Part shown: positions 24,901 through 39,900 of the stretch, in pieces
Position numbering within the stretch: position 1 is the stretch's first letter
Layout: the number at the start of each line of letters is the position of its first letter
Origin: Tubulanus polymorphus
Taxonomy: Eukaryota > Animalia > Nemertea
Length of the DNA stretch: 64,000 nucleotides
Reading direction: 5' to 3'
NCBI RefSeq assembly: GCF_964204645.1
Contig: NC_134031.1
Span: 10,604,088 to 10,668,087, forward strand
Notes under the pieces: generated by a model
The model's input: the letters and a program-made list of their open reading frames with translations, nothing else
The model's database searches: none
What the model was told of the DNA's origin: nothing
Program-made: the position numbers and the translations under genes

Positions 24901-27900
24901 TCAGCGCAGCGCCCAGTTTGGGCCAATTCGATTGTGCGCGCCACGATGATGTAGCGAATGGATTGAATCTCCGGTTTTTCATAATACAATAGTTGTGGGG
25001 AGATGGAATCAATACGACTACTATCTATTTCTCAAAGAATTATTTTGTAGTCAAATAAGACCAAAGATAAACATTGTTTATGGTCTACGTCCGAAATTTC
25101 GCAGGGTACAGGTAGGCACGGCAGGCAAACTATTTTATAATTTCAACAAAATTTTTTTCACAACATGAAAAAATATTCAAATAAAATTCATATGATGTCA
25201 CATATCAGAGGGTGGCTGCATATTGAGTCTTGGAAACGAAACATCTTACGATGTATGGCCGCGGAAGCTAAAACACCGGGGCGTAGTATTAGATCGTTTA
25301 AATCCTGGAATTTATTTTACATCAATTTTACGATGTACAACAGCCTTCTAGATGTTTTATGAAACAAAATGCTCCATGGAATTTTCTTAAAAATCGCCAC
25401 AAATTCGTCGATTTCTCTTAAATGAACGTGATATTCAAAATTCCATATCCAACAGATTTTAGTCGCATGATCAAGCTACATGTTGCACATAAACATAGTA
25501 GATTGCATGACTTTGGGTCGAAGTAACAATATCAATTTTTAGCAAAAATTAGATTTTTGGACCCATTACAACATCTCGGGCTTTGCCCGAATATAAAAAC
25601 GGGACCTTATAATTTCGGCCGACTTTTTGATTTTCTGACTTTAAGCTATCCGACTTATGCCAGTTACACTGTATAAATACAAACAATTAGGACACTAACA
25701 CTGAACAAGTACAAATTGTTTATTCCAGGAGAGGGGACAAATACGCATATTACATGACATTTGCTTACATACCTTCAGCTTTCTCTTTTTCTTTTCTCTG
25801 TTTAGTGTTTGGTGTCATTATGGTGGCTTTTGACCCACAAATTGCACTGTGAAGGAGTTGCAGAAGCACAGGAGCAATCCCTTCATCAAGCACAATGCTA
25901 GCGTGAATTAGGAAAGGAATGATACCTGTAAATTACAGAATTGCTATTACTAATATTCATGTTACACAACCGATATTTATCATCTGCTTACCGAATACAT
26001 ATCCACCCACTAACTTTGCGAAGGAGTTTGATCAAAGTACAATATGAAAGCTAGGTATTTTTGGGGAAAAGTAAAGGACCAATGGTCCAGTGGCTCACCA
26101 TCGAAGTGCAACCAAGTATTTTAAGTATATCTCTCAGAAGGAAAACATGATCACACAGCGATTTGCATTCTACACAGCATGTTATAACCAAACAAGTAAA
26201 AGAAATATTCACCATTCTTTAAAAATTCAATTTAGAAGCTAGACATATGTGAAGAATACCTTGGCCAGTGAGTGAGAGTCATGTAGAGAATGCAAAACTG
26301 TAATAAGGTACATATTCCTGACACTAAGATTAATGTCAGAAGATAGGTTTCAATATGACATTGGCGGATAACATGCATCAAAAGACTAGGGTTTATCCTC
26401 CTCCTGCCTTTAATACATATACCAAGTCATACAAAAAATTAGTAAACAACTATAGATAGTAGAGCAAGAACGTGGTCCATAATGCCTCATAATCTCATAC
26501 ATAAATCTGGTTTCTTTCGATGATCTATATATGGCAAAATAATAGGGCTCATCCTGCCATCATAAAACCACAGTTCAAGTATGATGAAAATTAGTCTTAA
26601 ATCACACCTTATGAGCTGTAACAAGCTCCAAATTGGCTATTTAAGAGACTGACATAACTGTGGAGACCATCTTGGATGAACTACATACATTAAGAGCAGA
26701 AGAGTTCATCCTCCTTAAGCCTTCCAATGCACATACCAAGTGATAAGATATTCAGTATAAGAGCCTCAAGGGGCACTATGGACAGCCTGTCAACTTTTCA
26801 AAAAATGGCAAATGATGATGCATTCTGTCAGTTAAATTTGTCAAAATACACTCCCAGCAGCAGAGCCAATACCTTATAATTTACACAATACAGTCATAAA
26901 ATACAAAAGTAGCACAGACAGCGACTGGATCTAGCAGGAACAAATACCTCAGATAAATCTTTTCCCTTGGTCTTATTGATTTTAATGCGGAATAGATTTG
27001 AATTTTCTGAAATTTGCTCAATAAAACAAAATTGAATTGGATTTGATGTTTTAATTGGTTCAATGAAGTAAAATTGAATTGCATTTGATATTTTTTTGCG
27101 GAATAAAATTTGATTGAATTTGTAGTTTGAGCACATGGCCAATTAGCATATTAAGGTCATCTATCCGATTTGAGAAAAAGCTATTTTTCCCGGACTTTGC
27201 ACAATGGTCAATGATATTTTCTGTAGTGCTAATAAAAATATTCCTCCCAAAAACCAAATCAACTAAAGCTTTCACAGAAATCAATCTTGAAATACAATAT
27301 TAGATCTTAAAACCAGAAAGAAACTTTCCATGATGGGTTTCAGTATTGACTTAGGACTTGAAAAGTGAATGGAAATAACTGTGTTGATGCAGTGCATGTT
27401 TAATCCATACTATCAAGGTAAAGCGTGAGTAAATATACTTACCATGGCCACCGGATACAGTCTGCTCTCGGCACAATCGCCAAGAACCCATGGCATAGGA
27501 CAATGACCATGCAGTCCATTGGGTACATGCTTCACATCCATGATCCAACATGAGTGTCTTGAAGCTGTTCACAGACTGAACCTTAACCCTTTTAGGTTCA
27601 TGCTCGACCAGCGGTCGAGACCGAAAAACATTGGCTTTACGTTCATGCTCGAGCGTAGGTCGAGCACAGTGTGTACTGCAAAAACTGTTGCAATACAGTC
27701 GTTTCACCTTATGGTTTTCAATATAGCACTTCCGTTATCGATAGATAGCGTCCTGGTTGATCATTTTTCGCGAAAATATTTGATGGTTACAATTCATCAT
27801 ATTGGCTCAAATTAGAGTTGAAATTTGAAAATTTCTTCACAAATATGAACGCAGAACAAGTTTTAGCAGAGATATTTGCTGACGATGAGTCCAGAGATGA

Positions 27901-30900
27901 TGATTTCGTAGCAGAATCCAGTGATTCTAACACTGCAGGTGACATTTCTGATGATAGTGATATAGAAGAAAATGAAAATTATACCCCACCCAAGGCAAGT
28001 CCTTATCCTGACCCTGCCCCTAGTGACTCTTCAAGTGACGGTGAACCATGTCATGCTGATTTTGAAAACCAGGAGACCCCATTACAACCCCAGAGGGCAG
28101 GAAGAGCCAGAGGTCGGTCTAGAGGCAGGGCTGTTGGTGAGAGGGTCAGATTGAGATGTCGTGGTCATGGTCGAGGGCGTGGCAGAGGGATCAGACACGG
28201 TGGAAGGAATAATGCGACGCAAAATCCTCGTGCTCGTCAAAATGCAGATGATGGCTGGATTGATGGGACTAACCATAACCCTACTTTGTTACCACCAGTC
28301 ACAACTGTTGATCCTGGGAAACCTAGTGTAAATGTAGATGGAGCCAATTTCTATGATTTTTTTCTACTTTGTTGGCCGAGGGAAGTTACTGATATGTTAG
28401 TTGCAGAGATGAATTGTTATTATGGACAGTATATGATCGATCGAGATGACGACTACTTGAGTAAGAGATGGAAACCTGTGGGTTTTGATGAAATGCAACA
28501 ATTTCTTGGACTGATACTACTATATGGTGCAACTAGGAAGGACCCATATTCTAATAGGTGGAGTAGAAAGTGGTTCTTAGAGATTCCAGGCTTACGTTTT
28601 GTCATGAGTTGTAACCGTTACAAGGATATATGGAAATTTCTGCACACTGTGAACAATGAAAATGCTGTCCCTCATGGACAAGACGGTTATGACCGATGTT
28701 TCAAAATCCGCAAATTGATTGAAACAGCATCACAGGCTTGGCAAGATGCATACAATCTCGAAAAACACATAAGTATTGACGAATCCATGTGTGCCTTCAA
28801 GGGCCGTATCCATTTTCTTCAGTACCTGCCGAAAAAGCCTAAGAAGTGGGGCCTAAAAGTCTGGGTTTTAGCTGGTTCCGAGACAGGTTATTGCTATTCC
28901 TGGGTACTCTATTCAGGAAAAGAAAATGAAGGTGAGAGAAATCTTGGGGACCGAGTGGTGAGGCAGTTGACAACCAACTTACCACCAGGTCATATCCTAT
29001 TCACTGACAATTTCTATACCAATGTCGCTCTATGTGAATACTTAGAAACAAAAAACATCGGATATTGTGGAACTATAAAAAGTAATAGAGTTGGAAATCC
29101 AGATGTTCTGAAGATATTCAAGAAATCAACTAGAAAAGAGACATTAGCTGATATTTCTCCTATGTACAAATCAAAAGGAAATATACTTGCAATCGGCTGG
29201 ATGGATAAGCGTCCCGTCTGCCTTATCAGTTCTGTTCATTCGGCAGGTGAGAGAGACAAGAGAATAAGAGACCAACATAGACCTGGTGGTTTTCGATCGC
29301 TGAAAAAACCAATCGCAGTTGATGAATACAATAGATACATGGGAGGGGTTGATCGCAGCGACCAAATGAACTCTTACTATATACCAGAGCAGAGGACTGT
29401 GAAATGGTGGAAAAAGATATTTTCCCACCTACTGAATACAGCAGTAACAAATGCCTACATCCTATACAAGTCAGTAACACCAAGAGATCTATTACTCTCA
29501 CACAGAGAATATAGACTTCGACTTATAGACAAACTTCTTCAATCGAATGATCGAAAGTCGAATATTGGTGTCGGGAGGCCATCTGCAAACATTCCTGAAC
29601 TAAGATTGATTGAGCGCAATTTTCCAGAGAAATTAGTCAACTCAAAGCCTGAATGTGTTGTCTGTACACAGCGAGATGGGGGCAGATACATCAGGAGAAA
29701 ACAAACAACATCCCGATGCAAGAACTGTGTAGGTAGTGTTGGACTGTTCTTATCCCCTGTTTTGAAATTTTCCACACAAAGCTGGACTACAAGCAGTATT
29801 ATCAAGATAATTTCATGCAGTAATAAAGGTAAGAAACAGTTTTATTCATCATATAGCAGTTTTAAAGTCTTTATAATTTTTGGTGAAAATTACAATTAGT
29901 TACAGATGTATTTCAATATCTAAAGTATTTTTCACTACAATATATGGAGAAAAAAAATTTTTGGAAGTATTTGACCAAAACTGACCAGAACTGACCAATA
30001 CAAATGTAACAAAAGTTCTCAAACTTAGTATCATCTGAAAGGTCATAATGTTGCCAACAAACTTTTCTTATACTGCTAAGCTCTAGGACAGATAGTTTAC
30101 AAGCTACATGGCTTCAAATATGTGATCTCAAAAATTGCAATTTTGGCTGAAAGAAGTTGAATTTCTAGGGTATGCGCAGTATAAAAAAATTGAACTCAAA
30201 AAGGTTAAGGCCAACTGCTAGCTGTACCCTGAGGGCCTATAGCTAGTCTTACGAATGACATAGTAGAACAGGAAAACAATATTCATCAGGGGAAGAACGA
30301 TAGTTACACAAGTTTAATTATGGAAATTTTGATCCCGTGAGGCAGTTACATAAAACAACTAAAACTTGAACATTAACTACTCGGGACGAACAAAATCAGA
30401 CGATGCTATACAAGTTTTTCAAATTTCAGGGCAGTAAATATTAAACCATGATGGCCGGTTACTGTTGAAATCAAGTTTGGCAACTGAGTGAATGTGGCTT
30501 TCAATAGCTTCATTCATGATAGCTTTTAATAGTAAAGCAATTTAGGCCCAAGCTTAAAACGTTTTTAAATGTAACACCACGTCTTCGCATGACCATTCGA
30601 CAATTAAAATGTGGGTCTGTTGATGCATGTCTGTGTGCACGCGGTAAAAACACTAATCTTCTCCGGAAGCGTTATCTATTCCTACACGTAATTGATACAT
30701 AAATGGTAAACGGTTAACGCCTTATTGCTGACAATGCAATCGACTCCCATTGTGCACTTAGTATCAAAAATATAAAAATCATCAGTGTTGCAAACTAAAT
30801 ACAAGATAGCCGGGCTCCAGCGATTGCTAACATAAGGGCATAACAAAAGGCCCATGGGCCTTATACCTTCATGACGTAGAAGAAGATTCAGTATTCAAAG

Positions 30901-33900
30901 TTTTACAGAAAGATTGACATTATAACGATGTAACAAGTTTTAAAATACTAAAGATAGTATAGGCTATGTGGCGATAATGTTCATTTTCTGTTAATATATC
31001 CTTACATAAAAAGACAAGCCCATTTTAGCCGCCCCATATATCACACTACATAAAAAAATGCATCGGTGTACATTGGTGTACATTGGTACATTGGTGTAGG
31101 CATCGTGCTGAAAAGAAGTCCAAGATGGATGGCAATCCTGGTGGCCATACTTGAAATCAATTTTCAATAAGGGGTAGACATTTCACCTACCAAAATTCTT
31201 ACACCTAGTATCATGAAAATGCATCAATAATTGCAGGCCGTTTCCGTGCTAGAAATTCAAGATGGCTGACCTGGCGGCCATATTTGAAAGCCGATGACCT
31301 CCAAATACTCAAGGCATGGACAGCTTACCTACCATGATCCTCACACCAAATTTGTGATAATCCATCAAGAATTGCAGGCTGCATCGTGCAAACAAGAAAT
31401 TCAAGATGGCCACCCCAATGGCAGCCATATTTGATCACCAATGACATTTTTTTTACAATAGGGGTGGACATCTCGCCAGACTCAATCTTCAAGCTCATCT
31501 TCAAAAAGATTCATCGCAAATTACAGGCGAATTACTGTGTCGAATTCAATTCAATTCCGGAGGGCCTGGCTTAGGCCTATACAATAGGAGTCGATTAAGA
31601 TTCGACTTTTTGAAAAACCAGCACAGATGCCAATTCAAATCACATGTAATTAAAAAATTTGATGTTTACATCGAACGTCTTCAACAGCTGATACAACCGC
31701 ACCCGCGTCTGTCAATCATCTTAATTGATTCATATACTAGAATGCCCGCAACGAAAAAACTATGCGGTGGATCAATCCGAAATCTTTCAGTAGAATGTCA
31801 GATACTAGGTACCTTTCTTTAAAGGTTAATTTGTTGTATGTCATTAACAATCAGTTGTATAATAATTTCTTCATAACTTTGAAGTGGTGCGCCGGCAGCG
31901 AATGCTCAAGCAAGGTCAGTCACGTAGGCCAACGATAACACGAATCAGACCACGGTTTTTCCTGGTTAAGAGTGTCTCTCCACATAAATTAAGGGACTGT
32001 AATGGACCATTTGTTGACACTAACCTTTAATAAACTTCGTATGGATACAATTAAGATAATTCAACCCTATAATTCCACTATTCAACGATTGATGCGCAGC
32101 TTAAACATGGCGCCGCCATTCAATACACTAGTCACGATGTATCTCTACACACATCAAAATCACACTTGCAAGTGTTGACTTATGAGAACAGTCGAAATCT
32201 AGCAATTTGATTGGGAAAATAGCAGCACTACAATTGAAAAAAGTTAATAAACCACCTCCGACTGTCACCTCCAAATCATTTAAAAGCTTTGCCTTCACAT
32301 GGAACTATTTCTGCCTAATCACAGGTGCACTCTGCCGCCGTGATTTGCCCATTCAACGATAAAAACTTTTCCACGGTCTTACTATCGGCATTTTCTAATA
32401 ATTTAGGGAAATATTTTTAAAAAGCGAAATTTCACACCCTGCATTAATAAGATTAAAGTATTTATTCGTTTGACAAATCTTCCTTTGAACTCCCACCAAC
32501 AAGTTACGTGGAGACTACGTCATGGAGGTAAAAATGACGGGTTCAATTGATGACACTTAATGACATCTTTAATTACTTAAGATTAGTTCTCAGCGTTGAT
32601 CAAAACACGGATCTTGGGCGTGTGGTGTTATCACTGCGGAAAATAGGGATGCAAGCTACTTGCCATGGTGCGCTGAGAGTATTTCGGTGTTTAAATGATG
32701 CTTTTTTCAAACAAAATAAACTGTATTCAACAAAATGCCTCGTTTGTTTTGTAGAATATGTAGTTAAACAGTGACTTTGTCATCATTATTTCTTGCGACT
32801 GTGATTGAAGCTCCCGTACTCAGTAAATTCGAGTGATATATTCGGGGTGGAAATCTCAGCTGGCCAATTAATTTACGCTGGTTTTTACGTAAAGAGTAGC
32901 GACCGTCTGAAACTGCAAAGAATGATCCGGCCTTATCCGAATTCCAAAAGTCTTCACTGCGTAGTGTCTGGAGCACTCCCCAGTCTCTCGGCATTGGCGC
33001 TGAAATATCGCGCGCGAGGCGTTAACCTAGATCAGCGCGCGTGCGTGCTGTATGAGAGTATCATATCTCCATGTACAAGCTTTTTCTGTGTTACACACAC
33101 ACAATGAGTGTATTGAGCGTCGCTGTAGTAACACGCTACAGCGGCTTGAACTAGCGAGTAACGTTGATTATTTTATAACCAAATTTGAGCACTTATAAAC
33201 ATCAGAATCAAATATAAACCAAGCTGCTGACCGACCGACCGACCGACCGACCGACCGACCGACCGACTGACCGACCATGACGACAATGCCATAGATGGGT
33301 TCGACATGACGACAATGCCATAGATGGGTTCGTCTGACGATGGAACCCATCAATAAAACCTGGAATAAAAACAGTAGACGATACCGCGGGTTCACGTGAA
33401 ATCTCTGCTGATTTCTACGGCTAGGCCAATCATAGAGGAGTCTTTGCTTTCTGATTGGCTTTTCAAAACCAATATTTTTGCGATCAGATATTCGCGAAAA
33501 AGCTCACATAAAATTTAACGAGGCCCACTTTCAAAATTCAGCTACGTAGAGTTTGGAGAATGGATAATGCTTTAATGAATGATTTGTATGAATATATGCT
33601 CAGTTGCACAGTAAAAGAGCCTTTGCTCGGGAAACCATGTCATTTAAATTCGCTCCATTTGTATAGTAATAGGCTCAGCCTACGGCTGGCCTAATATAAT
33701 TGCATAGACTGTAGAGAACAAGCTCCAAAAGGAAAATCTTGTATATATTTCATGAATAAAAAATCCTTTCAGCAATTCAATAGTGGAGTAGCTATTTACA
33801 TTGCATGTACAGACATAATTCAGCATGAGATTATGATGGAAAATGAACCACAAAAACAAGAAAATACAAATGAAATAGAATACAAAAACTAAATTTCGCT

Positions 33901-36900
33901 CCCACCATTTGTACACGACTCATTCAACAAGACTGTTGTACAAGACACATGCGTGCAAGAAGGAGCTCGTGAGGTATTCATTAAACGGATGAATTCACAG
34001 TACAGTGATGGGTTTCTCAAAGTCAAAAATCAATCACATTTTCGTATTTTCTGCTACTGCCCATACTCGCGTAGTGACATTCTCGTAAAAACTATGCTGA
34101 TATTGTAGACGTTGGCAGGTCTGATAATACCCTGTACTTACTTTCATCTTTTAAGCAGAACTTTTCCCAATTAGCTGAGCGGTTGCTAGCAATATCGGCA
34201 CATGCTTTCAAATGCTCTATCTGAAATGTGAGACAAACTCTTTGATTACAGCATCTGTCAGCGTATAAGCATTGGTCAAATTTTCAGTTAAAAAGTTTTA
34301 ATTTGGTTTAGGTAATAATCCTGTTATCATATTCTGTTATCATTTTTTAACTATATTTCTTCATAGAAATTTTCAAAACTCCGACATTGTCATTTTTTAT
34401 GCATATTGCTTGCTAAAATTCACGCATCATCCAAAGTGATTATCGTGACCAACACCACGCAGAATTTTTAACTTTTGAAATCTATCAAACTTTTCAACAA
34501 AAGATATGTAATATTTTGTTTTGAAATCAAATTTCGGGGATTTTTACCTGTGGGATTTCACCTTGTCGAATTTTTACCAGGTGGGGGCACCGGGATTATT
34601 ACCTGTTACCCATTTATAGAAATGGATACATACCACCGTAGCACGTCGTATATAAATATAAAGAATTAAAGTGGTTGTCTATCTCTTTTGATGATAAACT
34701 TTAGTTAATTTTGAAATATTTCCAAACTATAACGAAATAATCTATAAACATCCAAAATTAGAATTGTCAGTGAATTTTTAAAGTGAAGCCTTACATATGG
34801 TGACCTGTTCGAACTATCAACATTGTCAGTTTCAACTATCAAAAATGTACCTGATGTATAAGTCGACCTACATTTTATGAATATGATTTCTGGTGTCAGA
34901 TTTGCCGGCAAATCATGTAAGTAGCTTCAGTTTTTCCATTTTATGGATTAAGTATTACTCTAACAACGGTGTGCACCACCACAGTGTGCTAGTATACAGT
35001 TCATAAAAAATCATGAAAGATTAACTCACAAGCGTTATAAGCTGATCATATTGCAAATTGATAGCTCCTACAGTTGCAGCAACCGTCAAATCATTTGCAT
35101 TTTTACCACACAAATTTCTGACTTCTTTTATATGAGTTGAGAGAGCATGTAGGTCACGTAATTGTCGATATTTTTCTTTCGAGCCGCAGATAAACAGCAA
35201 CAATTTACGAACTTGTCGCCGAACAAATGGAGCTTGCTGTGTCATCATATACTGAAAAAAAGATTGGAATACAAAGAGTGGTCGGAGGATTCATTTCACA
35301 CAAACATATGGTTTTTGGCTATTGGTTACTTCGGGTTTTCAATTACGTAGAACAAGAGCCCCAAGCGGCACTATTAGCAGCCTGTCAGTTTTCCATAAAA
35401 TGGCAAATGATGCATTATGTGGATTATATTTGTCAAAATACACTCCCAGGTCAGAGTAAATACCTATAATTTACTTTCACAAGTAGCACATACAGGGAGC
35501 TGGCAGGAACAAATACCTCAGATCAATCTTTTCCCTTGGTCTTATTGATTTGAATGCAGAATAGAATTGAATTTCCTTAAATTGAATTGGAGTTTATGTT
35601 ATCTTTGTTCAATAAATCAAAATTGAATTGGATTTTATAAATTTTGCAGAATAAAATTTGATTGAATTTGCAGTTTGAGTACATGGCTAAAGAGCATATC
35701 AAGGTCATCCATGTGATTTGAGAAAAAGAATTTTTCCTGTACTTTGAATAATTGTCAATGATATTTTCTCTAGTGCAAATTCGGATATTCCTCCCAAAAA
35801 CCAAATCAACTTAAGATTTCACAGAAATCAATCTTGTAATACAATTTCAAATCTCAAAATCGAAAACCCGGAAGTAAAACAATAGACTATACCGCGGGTT
35901 CACGTAAACACCTGCTGATTTCAGCGGCTAAGCCAATCAAAGAGGAATCTAAGCTGGCTTTTTAAAACTGATATTTTTGCGTTCAGATTTTCGCGAAAAA
36001 GCTCATGTAAATTTTATCAAGGCTCTGTTTCAAAATTCAGGGATGAGAACGCCGACCTGTAAAATCCGCGGGTTATTTTTCTTGAGTGACATACGCGAAC
36101 CAGCTGACGGCGTAGCCGTCACCAATAGCGAGCGCCTAAGGCGCGAAGCTATTTCGGGGGGGTTTGGGGGCCCTCCCCCAAGAAAATTTTAGAAATTAAA
36201 TACGTTTTCCGAGCACTTAGAGCGATCTCGAGCCCATGAACGACTATTATATTTTGGAAGGTAATGGCTAGTTCCAATGTGGTACATCCTCATTTGATGA
36301 CATTCAGCATCTCATGCATTACGGGTCGAGCCCTGAATTATTGCAGTAAAAATGCGCCGATGAATGCTCACTAAAAATCATCACCAAGTAGTGTATAATA
36401 TCCGAAAGCGTTCGCCACACACACGCAGCAAGAGTAAGTAGACCTATATACGTTACTACTGTTGCTGTGCGTGCGTGTCTGCAACCGATCGATAAAATAC
36501 ATACAAACTCATCGTAGTACAAATGTACATACAAAATCACTGTGTTCCAATGAATATGCATTGAAATGCGATACTTTTACGTGACGATAAGTAAAACAGG
36601 CACTGAACGCTTTTACGGTTCACCTGATTACCGATCGCGCCGGACCAATTGAGTGAGATCATCACCCCCCCCAATACTTTTACATCATTTTAGGACTATT
36701 TGGAAAATTGATATTTTTCAATACTGAAATCCGCGGGAAACCGCGGATCCGCGGGGAATTCTCATCTCTGAAAATTCAGCTTCATAGGGTTTGGAGAATG
36801 GATAATGCTTTAATGAATGATTTGTATGAGTATATACTCAGTTGCACAGTAAAAGGGCCTTAGCTCTAGCAACCAAGTCATTTAAATTCGCTCCATTTGT

Positions 36901-39900
36901 ATAGTAGTAGGCTCAGCCTACGCCTGCCAAAAAATGTTGTCACTATATTACATTTTAATCTTGTGGTAAAACAGACCTGCAAAGAAATCAGAAACACGGA
37001 ACTAATGGCCAGTGTTAAGTCTAAATGTCAGAAATCTCATCGTGATCTGCCACAACTGATATCCAGACGTTGTCATAATAGCTCTCTCGTATAAACTATG
37101 GTTTCTTCTACATCAAATCTTGTTTTACACATGTATTTGTTTCGGCGGAAATCAAAAATCTTGTTCACGCCATTTGTCAATGTTAATACAGAACAGCCAC
37201 AAATTACTAAACAATAAAGAATTATTCTCCCTACTTTCATTTTCAAAATAGATACACCAAACTTATTATACCTGGGATAGATGAAATTGATGAGTTTTTT
37301 TTTCTGTAAATTAACAATTATCTTATTTCAAATAATTTACAAGGTATGCTCAATGTGTGATTCTTGTAGATTTTCCACCATTGCAAGTATGTCAACAAAA
37401 TTATCTCAATATATCAAACCATATATTTATGCAATCGCCAGGTTATCAATTACTTTCTCGGTTGACGTTCAGTCTACAAGAGAATATGCTATCTTCTCTG
37501 CACTTAAATAACTGATTTCATCTCATTCCAAGCAACTAGCTTTTTTATTTTGATCCCTTGAAGAAACCTGAGATGCTGATACTTTCACACTAGGAACTTG
37601 TGAAAATTTGAAGGCTAAGGATAACAATGGATTATCTTGATTAGGAGTAATAAATCAGGTCACTACAACAACAGATAAGACTTGCTGATGCACCATATCA
37701 GTTAAATATCAAGTTCACTGATTGTTAGAAGATTGTAGTGGAATTCTTTTTTGTATAGTACTTTCTGGGACACCCTGTTTATCCATAACTATAAGTGTTG
37801 TGGACTTACTTCACACAAAAAGTGGAACCAACTTTGATCAAAGTTAGCCTGCGGTATTGCTTGAGCTCCATCAGCAATCTTCTTAATCTGATAGGGTAAA
37901 CGCAGAACCATTTCAGTCAGTAACTGTTGATAATCTTCAAACACATCATTTGCATGACCTGTAAACAAACGAAGTGTATGTTATAGATTGGAAATTCTAA
38001 ATCAGTATTTACCCTCTAGATCACAAGCCCCCTTTTATTTGAACAAAAATTAATTCACTCATGAAATTTCACCACAGAGGAACCAGTAAACCACATCTAG
38101 TCAAATTTGGCATCTAGCCCATTTCAATGAATATGTAGATCATTAACGACCTGTTAGGAGCCATTGAATGAGAGTCATACAGAGAATACAAAATTGTATT
38201 AGGGTACATATTCCTGACACTAATTTTCATATCACTAAAAGAGGTTTAAATAGGCAATTATATGAATGAACAAAAATATGTTAGAGGTAACAATAACCAA
38301 GGAAAAAGGCCAATTTTTTCAACAAATAAGAAATTGCTTGTACTCAGCTGGTAATTTAACACACTTATGTGATTGTGTCGGCCATCTTGGATAACATAGA
38401 CTTAAGTTTTGTATTTCTGAGGGATACTTATGTGGGGCACATTTCAGAAGTTACGTTAGTTTGGGACCTATACCGCTTAACATTTTTTGGAATAGCTGGT
38501 ACCGTAGCGTGGCGCTGCCACGAGCCACATGACTCAATTTCCTCTGAAACTCAGTGCAAAGAGCCGAGCGGGGAAGACGGGCAGGAATATCCTGTGCAAC
38601 ACGTAAGTATCCCTCAGAAATAGAAATTTTTTTACGGAAAATTATCATATTTCTTTCAGGATACATTACGTGGAGCACATTTTAGAAAGATTAGCCAAGC
38701 ACCAGGCGCCGGGGCGCGTAAGGCTCCCAAAAAATGTGTGTAGGCTAAAATGTGTTCACAAAAGAAAAGCTCGCCATGAAAACTGCGCTTAGACCAAATT
38801 ACGGAACTAGCCCATCCCTCCACGGTAAAAAAAGCCCCACAAAGTTAATTATAACTGCTCCCGGCGCAGAGATTCTGGACTAGACTCACCACCGGAGCAA
38901 CAGAAAACATAGATACCCGTAGAAACAGATATAATCTAGCTTGAGCTCATGTATCTACAGACCATGGCAGAGAATGAATCCTGTTATCAGATCGACAAAC
39001 ACACTCCCCAGGATACCCCAGCAGCAAACCCCCAGGCCTAGCTACGGTACAAAAAGAACACAGCCGAAAATAAAGCAATTCATTTAATAATCATTTTGAT
39101 TTGGATCAAACCGATCCGATAGATGAACAGGATGAGAAATGGAATGAGCAGACCCAAGGAAAACCCGAACGCCTTGGGCAATGACTGCTGGGCCTACCGT
39201 CGAAAGAGAACCCAACTATCCTGACACATCCTTCAAATAAAAGTAAGCAAAGGTATTCTGACTACTCCAGAATGCTCCTTGACAAACCTCCTCAATGGAT
39301 GCGCCTGAAAATGCTGCCCATGAAGTCGCCATCGAGTGCACCTGATGACTAACAACACGAGTAGACTCGGCATCTACCGATGATAAGGCCTCGATAATGA
39401 GTTCTGAAACCCACCGAGCAATAGTATCCTTCGTGACATCTCTCGAGTACTGCTCATTCAAAGGATTCAACCGATCCCTCTCTCCTCGAAGTGAGGCTGT
39501 CAGACGCATATAAAATCTTAACGCCCAAACCGGACAAAGCGCCCTGTCCGGAAGGTCGGATTGAACCCAATGAGTTAGGGCATCCACCCTCCACTCTCTA
39601 CCAACCGCACTCCACCCTCCCCTCGCTACAAACTGCACCCAGTCGATTTAGTGATTTTTTTTAGTGATGAAATTGAGGTAAGGGTTGAGAACAACTAAAA
39701 GATGACCAGGACTGAACACATTATGACCAGGTTGAGTCGTTAATGTATGAATTTCAGACCTCCTAGCTGACATTGCGGGGAAAATACGGGGATCAGTAGT
39801 CAAGTCCTGGATACCAGCCGCCCTGAAAGTATGGCCGATAGCGGATTGGTAACCCTTAATGGTTACCACCTGATGCCGCTTGACCTCAAAAAGAAATAAG

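Larger units (their letters stand above)
27311..33355 (-). mobile_element. HINE family D (probable), host of the piggyBac
   Basis: Left end: hairpin gaaagaaactttc then GATGGGTT. Right end: (CGAC)n at 33228-33277 and stem-loop GATGGGTTCgtctgacgatgGAACCCATC. Inserted in an A-run of family C. Confidence 0.6.
26757..33695 (-). mobile_element. HINE family C copy split by ~6 kb of nested insertions (halves 26757-27312 and 33355-33695)
   Basis: The two halves join into the sequence seen uninterrupted at 58007-58745; hairpin gcctcaaggggc at one end, stem-loop taggctcagcctacggctggccta at the other. Confidence 0.8.

Noticed and set aside
27430-27582. Strong minus-strand donor (ATG|GTAAGT at ~27442) suggesting a cryptic exon
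   Set aside because: No convincing acceptor or recognisable peptide; it lies inside a nested repeat and would need RNA evidence.
27818-29899. Domesticated PGBD-like host gene
   Set aside because: TIRs and TTAA duplications are intact, it is nested in another repeat, and it has a frameshift; nothing here indicates domestication.
31817-32030. Possible TTAA-flanked (Kolobok-like) MITE, AGGTTA...TAACCT
   Set aside because: Only 6 bp of inverted match, too little to call.
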